From the NCBI GenBank assembly GCA_965223265.1, contig OZ244999.1, positions 4,608,001-4,672,000 on the forward strand: DNA of 64,000 nucleotides. Reading direction: 5' to 3'. The position numbers and the translations under genes were made by a program. Within the stretch, counting starts at the first letter, position 1, and every line of letters starts with the position of its first letter. The notes under the pieces are model-generated. The model was given only the letters and a program-made list of their open reading frames with translations, was not told the origin of the DNA and did not search any database. This stretch comes from Planctomycetota bacterium (GTDB lineage Bacteria; Planctomycetota; UBA8108; SXIK01). Shown here one piece after another: positions 57,501 to 64,000 of this stretch.

Positions 57501-59938
57501 TGGAATCGATTGACGTTTTGAAAGAGCGTCGGCAAGAGGGACGGATCGAAGCGTGCTGGCAGAACGTACTTCGTGGCCCGCATTGCCGAACCAGACGACG
57601 AAGCGTCCGCCGAAATTCGTACCAGGTCCGCCTGTGTGCAGATGCGCTCGAGCGAGCTGCCGGGAAAGGTTTGGTTCAGGAATACGGTAAAGTCTTCGGA
57701 GAGGTGATTGGCGCTGACAATGTCGACATCACCGTCTCGGTCGAAGTCTCGACCGAAGACGCACCGCGGCCCTATATTGCCGACGGTGAATGGAACGGAT
57801 TCTTCGAAGGTGCGGCCGCTGACGTTGAAAAGAATCGACACACTGTGGTCCAGTTGATTCGCCGTGAGCAGTTCCAGTCGACCGTCGGCATCGAGGTCCG
57901 CACAAGAGAGCGTGAACGGCCGATCGTTGATGGTGAAATTCGCCGCACTCTCAAACGCATTTTCGAACGCATCCTGCCCACCGCTGCGGCCTCGATTCCA
58001 GAACACGGAGACGCTGCGGTCGGGATCGTTCGCCGTGGCTAGGTCGACATATCCGTCCCCATCGATATCCGTCGCCTCGACAAATGCTGGGCGCCCCGGT
58101 ACGGGTCGTCGCACGACTGCAGCGAACTGCCGCTCACCCAGATTGGCGAACAGCGCGACGTCGGAAGAGCCGCTGTTTGCCGTTGCCAGGTCGAGATCAT
58201 CGTCGCCGTCAATGTCGCCAAGCGCCGAGGCTCGTGTACCACTTCCGACGCGCAACTCGGTCTGCGGCCCATCAAAGGTGCCGTCGCCACGATTCCACAG
58301 CACCACGACCTTAAACGAAAACGTCGCGACGATGTCCACGTAACCATTCCCGTCCAGATCGCCCGCCGCCACGTGACTCGGGCGATCGACAACCTGATAG
58401 ACCGTGAGATCGAAACTCGCGTCACCGTCGTTCAGCAGTACTGAGACGCGCGCATGGCTCGGGTGGACCGACACGATGTCGAGATCGCCGTCGAGGTCGA
58501 CATCCACAGCGACGACCGAGAAAGAGAAGAGCCGCACCGCTTCGGGCGGGTCGTAGCTGCCGTCACCCCGGTTTCTGAGAATCGAGATGACTCCACCAGT
58601 ATTGTTCGCTGAGACGATATCGAGGTCGCCATCGCCGTCAAGGTCCCCAACGTCGGCGCCGTGAGGGCGCCCGATGGCGTCGTAGGCGTGGCTATCGAGC
58701 GGAAAAGTCCGGCGCTCCGGACCCTCGTTCCAAAGGATCTTCAGATTCGGCCCGAAAACCGTAGCCAAGTCGAGATCGCCGTCGCCGTCGAGATCTTCCG
58801 CAGCGAGCGCCGTGGAGCGCGGTACATTCCCTTCCTGCAAATTGAGCACGCCGACGCGAAACGGATCGGTCCCGCCGGTCGAGATCACCGTCACTTTGTC
58901 AGCGTCTCGATGCCCGAGGATCAAGTCGACGTCACCGTCGCCCTCAGCGTCCTCGGCGCGCAGCGAATTCGGCCTGCCGTCGATCTGAACGAACATCGGA
59001 TCGAGCAAACCGCCAAGGCCATCGTTGAGAAAGAGAGCAGCGCCCTCCGGCGTCGCCGCTGCGACGTCAGGCGTTCCGTCCACATCAAGATCCTCGACGA
59101 TGACCGAGAAGGGTCTACCGCGAGTGACCTCGTAATCTACGTGACCAGCGAAGAGCGACTCATCCTGGCTCGAGAGCACCGTAAGGTTTGAGGAACCGGC
59201 GTTCGAAACGACCAGCTCCGCCCAACCGTCACCATCGAGGTCGCCGAGGGCCGCGCTGCTTGGCTGCGCCCCCACCACAAACGATTGGGGAGCCAGAAAA
59301 CCACCATCACCGTCGCTCTCGAGGAGTGTCACGGCGTTTTCCTTCGCATGCAGCACGATGACGTCAGACGTGCCGTCGCCGGTCACGTCGCCGGCAACCA
59401 GAAAAGTTGCTTCGTTGGAGAACTGGACTGTGCGCGGTTCTCCCAAGTTTCCATCCGGCGCGACTGGACGTACAGTCAGCCGCGAGTCTTGCGCCACGAG
59501 CAGTTCAAGGCTGCCATCACCGTCGAGATCCGTTGTCGTCAGAGCAGCAAAACCGGCACCGATCGAGAACTCAGTGATCGGTGAAAACTCACCCGCTCCG
59601 CGTCCCGCGAGCACGGCGACGGCAGAACTGCCGTCAGCACGAAGGATGCCCGTCACAAGATCAAGCGCGCCGTTGCCGTCGAGGTCTACGGCTTCGATAG
59701 CGCGCGGGAAACGCCCCAAGGGGAAACTCTGCTGGCGGCTCCCGATCTTGATCGGAAGTCCGTCGCACTCGTCAGGAATCTTGTTGGCGTTGCAGTCGAG
59801 GCTAAAGCCGCTGGCAAGATCCGTCGCATCCTCGATGTCGTTGCCGTTACAGTCGATGCAGTTTCCGATGCGGGCGCAACTGACGACAAGACACGAGACA
59901 CCAAAAACCCACCGTACACTTTCCTTCGGCAAGTTCAC
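54515..59938 (-). CDS. paralog E: dispersed exported FG-GAP / dikinase / dockerin-like protein (1,807 aa)
   Basis: GTG start after GGGAGG; IDCNGND...DCNANKIPDEC; GDLSHIAVRTARRGTPN (His codon 56948-56950), FGGKATNF, RSSSNVEDALEFNGAGLYES, and FRRGDVDGDGEVDLND...ADADDDGRLTVSD. Confidence 0.88.
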   Translation of the reverse strand: MNLPKESVRWVFGVSCLVVSCARIGNCIDCNGNDIEDATDLASGFSLDCNANKIPDECDGLPIKIGSRQQSFPLGRFPRAIEAVDLDGNGALDLVTGILRADGSSAVAVLAGRGAGEFSPITEFSIGAGFAALTTTDLDGDGSLELLVAQDSRLTVRPVAPDGNLGEPRTVQFSNEATFLVAGDVTGDGTSDVIVLHAKENAVTLLESDGDGGFLAPQSFVVGAQPSSAALGDLDGDGWAELVVSNAGSSNLTVLSSQDESLFAGHVDYEVTRGRPFSVIVEDLDVDGTPDVAAATPEGAALFLNDGLGGLLDPMFVQIDGRPNSLRAEDAEGDGDVDLILGHRDADKVTVISTGGTDPFRVGVLNLQEGNVPRSTALAAEDLDGDGDLDLATVFGPNLKILWNEGPERRTFPLDSHAYDAIGRPHGADVGDLDGDGDLDIVSANNTGGVISILRNRGDGSYDPPEAVRLFSFSVVAVDVDLDGDLDIVSVHPSHARVSVLLNDGDASFDLTVYQVVDRPSHVAAGDLDGNGYVDIVATFSFKVVVLWNRGDGTFDGPQTELRVGSGTRASALGDIDGDDDLDLATANSGSSDVALFANLGERQFAAVVRRPVPGRPAFVEATDIDGDGYVDLATANDPDRSVSVFWNRGRSGGQDAFENAFESAANFTINDRPFTLSCADLDADGRLELLTANQLDHSVSILFNVSGRTFEESVPFTVGNIGPRCVFGRDFDRDGDVDIVSANHLSEDFTVFLNQTFPGSSLERICTQADLVRISADASSSGSAMRATKYVLPARFDPSLLPTLFQNVNRFQLHEDFLATAFPDRFPSLPEDRDFYNALVGRRATRDYYVGVLFQHRVGTRLLHAFTIVADTGFAVSELLELEEVRYVHETLRASFELEPLAYQPATELEKRRAESWTNPPFDVFFGETPQIDFEAYTTGTGFGRVRLLSLEEFQTANEKGLFTFQDVLVIDEAPRDIEGVVGGVITGAIQGDLSHIAVRTARRGTPNAFVKNAREALAPRAGELVRLQVFDTEYFVEPATSEEAEAFWSQIRPSLAELPEVDAAYRQLDALDEMSLDESAVSRFGGKATNFARLQDVLGGTYASYRASGFAIPMHYYVDFMQAGKIAIGGEEKTYQEHLTDVLTQPGFESDSQLRFENLDAFRQLVRRQGVVDATLVQALIDRSREVFGSTATMVRYRSSSNVEDALEFNGAGLYESTSVCPDDTLDPASPDGSHCDPLRDDERTIERALKKVWTSLWTFRAHEERSWFQIPPERAAMGILVTRAFLDEVANGVAFTGNPRRASDKRYVVTAQIGEESVVSPAPGTLVERNLLEMADGTVVRIIRERSSSLVEPGETVLSDDQLRELGQLMAHVDREFPLDLAGHPRDQVLLDFEFKIEPDGALAVKQVRPFLIPESSVPTPQFELLIPTETLVCGMFPTGRPGRAPLVEYQTKSQVSLRSGSFDLPTGAESFSADLIESVVFGEEQLELSAEEPGLFELTRVPSGGSETIYRFSYTQTFRIPGGERFDVEIFDLAFRGRGEVALDPTIVFDEAYLMFDLVMEGAVGGEPLVTYSSCEQGLLPLWHLDVDLDGDSHIRLVERFLPSENLVLTGPASLQRAELILDGHNRVVSDYWQLVYAAQRHNLDARYWVVLEPPVSLPGLSAAVRIVEIATPNPAGFGGLDAPRVTYFDEMLSVVGEAIATGFDRQEVVGDVFRRGDVDGDGEVDLNDAVSLLGYLFRRGETPPCAKSADADDDGRLTVSDAVRLLLHLFASHGPLPEPTDCEMDPTVDTLTCEAFTTCASK

Positions 59939-60013
59939 TCGAGCCCTCCCGTACCGAATCGTCCGTTCGCTGTTGTAGCGCCGACCTCGTCGTCCGAGAA
60001 ACGACCGTGCTTT

Positions 60014-61129
60014 TCATCCTGCCGCGTCCCCCCAGGCCTGCCTGAAAAACCGCAGCGCGTTGGCGTGCAGAATCCCGTCGACGTCGCTATCCGAGACCCC
60101 CGCATTTTTCAAGACCGGGCCGAATCCTTGCAGATCTGCGATCGTGTCGACGTCGGTCGGCGTCAACTCAGCGCCGAACCCTCCGTCCATGTCGGTCCCA
60201 ATCGCAACGTTCGCGAGCGATCCACCGGCGAGCTCGGCGATGTTCTCCATGTGAGGAATCAAGCCGTCCATGCCAAGTCGACCTTGCCAACTGTCCTTCT
60301 CAGGTCGGCTCGCCCAGTCAACTTGTGGGTCCATGAAAAACTGACAAAACACCAACCCGATGATGCCATCGCGACGCACGAGCTCGCGAATCATATCGTC
60401 GGTGAGATGGCGCTGGCCGGGGACGATCTTCCGACACATGCAGTGCGACGCCAGGATTGGTCCATCCCAGAGATCGAATGCCTCCCAGACTGCCTGATCC
60501 GCCATGTGGGTGATGTCGAGAATCATGCCCGCTTGGCGCATCGCTTTGAACAGCGCCTTGGCGGGTGGCTTCAAGCCTCCCTCCGTCTCCGTGCCGTAAA
60601 TGTACGTGTTGTGCCCAAAGTGGGCCGGACCGACGACCCGCAGTCCTGCGTTCCACCAGAACTCGACGTCATCAGGGTCGGCAATCGGGTCAGCGCTCTC
60701 CATCGACAGGATGTGATAGATCGGCGTCTGGGCGCTCGGATGCGACCACGCTGCAACCGCCTCGTCGAGGTCGGCGAGCGAGCGCACCGCCTTGATCTCA
60801 CCGCGCGCTGCCATCGTCTGATAGTATGCGAGGTGCCCGCGTCCCATGGCGATCGCTTGCTCCTGGGTCCGCATGCCGTCTCGTCGCCGGCGCTGTCTCG
60901 GCTCGATGCGCGACATGATCGTGCTGAGCATGATGCCGACGCTGCCGCGCCGCATCTCCGGAAAGGTTACGGTGCAGCGACCGACGTTGATATCGTCGGC
61001 GACTTGCGGCGTCTCCTCAGCTTCTTCTTGAGCGCGGACGTCCTCCGCGGTCATCGTCAAATCTCGATTCCAAAAGAGCGCATCCCAGGCGAGGTCGAGA
61101 TGCAGATCAACGATGAGAGGCTGACTCAT
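60014..61129 (-). CDS. membrane dipeptidase (peptidase M19)
   Basis: IVDLHLD, SMESAD, LDITHM, ASH, RHLTD, IGTDMDG, ANALRFF. ATG at 61129 after GGAG. Confidence 0.9.
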   Translation of the reverse strand: MSQPLIVDLHLDLAWDALFWNRDLTMTAEDVRAQEEAEETPQVADDINVGRCTVTFPEMRRGSVGIMLSTIMSRIEPRQRRRRDGMRTQEQAIAMGRGHLAYYQTMAARGEIKAVRSLADLDEAVAAWSHPSAQTPIYHILSMESADPIADPDDVEFWWNAGLRVVGPAHFGHNTYIYGTETEGGLKPPAKALFKAMRQAGMILDITHMADQAVWEAFDLWDGPILASHCMCRKIVPGQRHLTDDMIRELVRRDGIIGLVFCQFFMDPQVDWASRPEKDSWQGRLGMDGLIPHMENIAELAGGSLANVAIGTDMDGGFGAELTPTDVDTIADLQGFGPVLKNAGVSDSDVDGILHANALRFFRQAWGDAAG

Positions 61130-61373
61130 GAGATCTCCGTTCGTGCGTCCCTGTCGTATTGCCTCTACACTGGCGTTCTCGGTTCGATAGATCAAGCCCT
61201 ATCAAGTCGCGGAGCAGTGGTTGTCAGCCGGATGCCGAGCCTGGTCGCCGCCCACCTCCGGAGTCGGAGCGCTGGCGACCTTGGTACCGAAGGATTGGAT
61301 TCATAGTCGAAAGACGAGTCGAGCGACTTGCGCGAATCGCCGCACGAGCAAGAGAGCTTCATCGTAGGGTTAA

Positions 61374-61429
61374 CCGTTGAAAAAGTCATTCGGCCGAGAA
61401 ACTGGCCTCTTCACGCCCAGATCGACCGC
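61374..61429 (+). mobile_element. remnant (one arm) of the same MITE family as 1547-1705
   Basis: 54/56 identical to 1551-1606. The outermost TIR bases and the second arm are missing. Confidence 0.75.
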
Positions 61430-61570
61430 AGCGAGCCACGCGAAGACCGACTCGGGACGACGCCCGGCTCCCAGCCGGGCCCGAAAAAAACAACGGGCAA
61501 CGAAACCGGCACTTCGGGCTCTCGTGCCGTCAACCTCGAGACGCTATACTCCTGTCGCAAGGAGGACTCC

Positions 61571-62326
61571 ATGCGGACGAAGCTAAGAATGTGTTGTGCT
61601 CGAACGTGTTGTGCTCTGCTGTGCGCCGTGGCGCTGGTCTCGTGCGTCGCGCGCGACAATCGTCTGACACCGGACGAACGTCGATCGGGGTGGATCCTCC
61701 TCTTTGACGGTGAAACTCTCGATGGCTGGATGACCAGCGCGCGCCAGCCAAGCGCCCGCCCGGTCGAAAATGGTGCGCTCAACCCACACCGCTGTGGCGA
61801 CTACATGCTCGTCTACGAGGAAACGTTCGACAACTTTGTGCTCGCACTCGACTTTATGATCAGTGAGAGCAAGGAAAAGCCGGTGAAAGACCGCACGTAC
61901 AACAGCGGGCTCTTCTTCCGCGTCGCATCGCTCGAAGTTCGCCCCGGGCTCGACGTCGGCTACAATGGCATCGAGATGGCGATCGACTACCGGCCTGACG
62001 ATCCGAGCAGTCGAGGATTTCACGACACCGGCGCCATCTACGACCTTGTGCGGCCACACCGTAACGTCATGCGTCCGCCGGGCACATGGAACCATGTCGC
62101 CCTCACGTGCGACGACAACTTGATCGTCATCGAGCTCAATGGCGAAGAGGTTTCGCGCATGGATCTTAACGAGTGGATCGAGCCCGGGACGCGCCCTGAC
62201 GGCACGTCGCACAAATTCGATGTCGCGTACAAACATCACCCACGATCGGGTTACATCGGCCTCCAAGACCATGGCTGTAACATCTGGTTCAAAAACATCA
62301 AACTGAAACCGTTAGTGGACCGTTGA
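61571..62326 (+). CDS. DUF1080 (3-keto-disaccharide hydrolase family) protein, possible lipoprotein
   Basis: GWILLFDGETLDGW, FDNFVLALDF, NSGLFFR, TGAIYD, GTWNH, GYIGLQDHG..IWFKNIKLK. ATG at 61571 after GGAGG. Confidence 0.9.
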   Translation: MRTKLRMCCARTCCALLCAVALVSCVARDNRLTPDERRSGWILLFDGETLDGWMTSARQPSARPVENGALNPHRCGDYMLVYEETFDNFVLALDFMISESKEKPVKDRTYNSGLFFRVASLEVRPGLDVGYNGIEMAIDYRPDDPSSRGFHDTGAIYDLVRPHRNVMRPPGTWNHVALTCDDNLIVIELNGEEVSRMDLNEWIEPGTRPDGTSHKFDVAYKHHPRSGYIGLQDHGCNIWFKNIKLKPLVDR

Positions 62327-62493
62327 GCCAAGTGGCCGCAGCGCCACCCAGTCGGTGCCGCGGAAACCCCGGCACACATGCGCCCCGGCGAGAGCTCGGC
62401 GCAACTCCCCGACCGGTCTCGGTACCGATGCAAGACTTGAGTTCGCCTCCGGCGTCTGCGAGAGTTGTTGGAAACGAATCTGAGGATTTGCGC

Positions 62494-64000
62494 ATGTCGC
62501 GTGACAGGTCTATCTCTACCGGCCGCGTGTTTTCGTCCGGAGCCTTGTGGCTCCTTCTCGCCAGTTCGGCCGCATGGGCGGCGGACGACCCCGCCGTGGA
62601 GCGCTCGATCAGCTTCAATACGGCGATCCGGCCGCTTCTCTCGGAGCACTGCTTCGCCTGCCACGGCCCAGATGCGGCGGCGCGCAAAGCGGATCTGCGT
62701 CTCGATCGACGTGAGGACGCCCTCACCGGTGAGCTGATCATCCCGGGCAGCGCCAAGACGTCGGAGCTCATCACTCGCATCACGAGCTCCGACCCAGAGC
62801 TCGTCATGCCACCACCTGAGACCAACAAACCCCTCACCGAAGCAGACAAGGCGCTCCTCGCTCGGTGGATTGATGCTGGTGCAAAATGGGAGGAGCATTG
62901 GGCGTTCGTAGCACCGCGGCGCCCGAGTCTTCCGGACCTGAAGGCTGACGACGACTGGACGCAGAACCCAATTGACCATTTTGTGTTGAAGCGGTTGCGG
63001 GAGACTCGACTGCGGCCGAACCCACCGGCCAACCGCCACACTCTCGCGCGCCGGGTCGCACTCGACTTGACCGGCCTGCCGCCACCGCGTCGACTACTCG
63101 ACACCTTCACCTCCGACTCGAGCGAACATGCCTACGAACGATACATCGACGCGTTACTTTCCTCGCCTCATGCTGGCGAACATCGCGCTCGCTTCTGGCT
63201 GGACGCAGCACGCTATGGCGACACACACGGCATGCACGTCGACAATTATCGCGAAATCTGGCCGTATCGTGATTGGGTGATCGACGCGTTCAACTCCAAC
63301 ATGCCATTCGATCGATTCGTGATCGAGCAGATTGCAGGCGATCTGCTCCCGGAGTCGACGCTTGCCGCGCGCATAGCAACCGGATTCAACCGCTGCAACG
63401 TCACCACCGCCGAAGGCGGCTCGATTCCAGAAGAAGTCAACGTCAGGTACATGGTCGACCGCGTTGAGACGACGGCGACTGTGTTCTTGGGGCTCACGGC
63501 TGGCTGTGCGGTCTGCCACAACCACAAGTACGACCCCATCACACAGCGCGAGTTCTATCAACTTGGAGCGTTCTTCAACAACACGACGCAGCCGGCGATG
63601 GATGGCAACCAGAAAGACTCACCACCGGTCGCCGTGCTGCCCGCCGCAGCGTTCGGCGACGAATGGGAGGCTCTTCGCGCTCGGAGAAGCCAACTGCAGG
63701 CGCAGCTCAGCTCGTGGAAGTCGAGTGCATCATCATGGTGGGACACACGCGCGGCAAAAGTCACGCACCCAGTCACGGCGGACGAACTCGCGCTCTGGCT
63801 GCCACTAGCAGGCGACCATCGAGGCGTCGAACTGCCAGCGTCCGCAACGGCCGCGACCGATCACCCCGAAGGTGCACGCGGCATCCGTTTTGGCACCAAA
63901 GAAGGCTTCGATGTCGAATTCGACGCGCCACGAAGCGATGAACCACTGACGGTCAGTTTCTGGTATCGCACCCCCGACCGTGTGATCTCGACCACGATTT
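62494..64000 (+). CDS. PSD1 / planctomycete cytochrome c domain protein (DUF1549/DUF1553 type), 3' end outside the window
   Basis: Hand translation: MSRDRS...FNTAIRPLLSEHCFACHGPD...HWAFVAP...NPIDHFV...RRVALDLTGLPP...WLDAARYGD...YRDWVI...CAVCHNHKYDPI; GAGGA RBS. Confidence 0.92.
   Translation, partial: MSRDRSISTGRVFSSGALWLLLASSAAWAADDPAVERSISFNTAIRPLLSEHCFACHGPDAAARKADLRLDRREDALTGELIIPGSAKTSELITRITSSDPELVMPPPETNKPLTEADKALLARWIDAGAKWEEHWAFVAPRRPSLPDLKADDDWTQNPIDHFVLKRLRETRLRPNPPANRHTLARRVALDLTGLPPPRRLLDTFTSDSSEHAYERYIDALLSSPHAGEHRARFWLDAARYGDTHGMHVDNYREIWPYRDWVIDAFNSNMPFDRFVIEQIAGDLLPESTLAARIATGFNRCNVTTAEGGSIPEEVNVRYMVDRVETTATVFLGLTAGCAVCHNHKYDPITQREFYQLGAFFNNTTQPAMDGNQKDSPPVAVLPAAAFGDEWEALRARRSQLQAQLSSWKSSASSWWDTRAAKVTHPVTADELALWLPLAGDHRGVELPASATAATDHPEGARGIRFGTKEGFDVEFDAPRSDEPLTVSFWYRTPDRVISTTI

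Noticed and set aside
55145-61306. Long plus-strand ORFs 55145..56689 and 60065..61306
   Set aside because: Antisense to paralog E and the M19 dipeptidase; no independent motifs.
61462-61490. Hairpin GCCCGGCT/AGCCGGGC with an A-run as a terminator
   Set aside because: The A-run is on the wrong side for a minus-strand terminator, there is no T-run on +, and it lies between divergent genes.

Overview
GC-rich bacterial window, most likely from an uncultivated Planctomycetota lineage. This is inferred from the PSD1/DUF1549 cytochrome c, DUF1080, PQQ-propeller, ASPIC/UnbV and Cys-bracketed dockerin-like proteins. Bases 1-5.3 kb look like the end of an accessory island: two small hypothetical genes, an IS5-type MITE, two covarying hairpins, a serine recombinase and a dGTPase. 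The island abuts a tRNA-Gly(CCC) that is broken after the anticodon arm. The dominant feature is a family of five ~1,800-aa exported proteins, four in tandem at 11.8-34.3 kb and one at 54.5-59.9 kb. Each has the architecture signal peptide / Cys-Asp Ca-binding motif / ~750-aa variable FG-GAP propeller region / phospho-His swivel domain / ATP-grasp dikinase domain (the order used by glucan-water dikinases, with no pyruvate-binding barrel) / unknown ~300-aa domain / dockerin-like tail. In three of the five genes the 3.1-kb C-terminal part is a near-identical, mosaic, strongly G/T-skewed repeat resembling the GRINS elements described in polyketide synthases, while the N-terminal regions are divergent. 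This suggests a recombination-driven 'variable head / constant kinase' cassette system. A dockerin-tagged CotH kinase and another dockerin-tagged protein lie nearby. All functional calls come from motif recognition by eye; no database searches were run.
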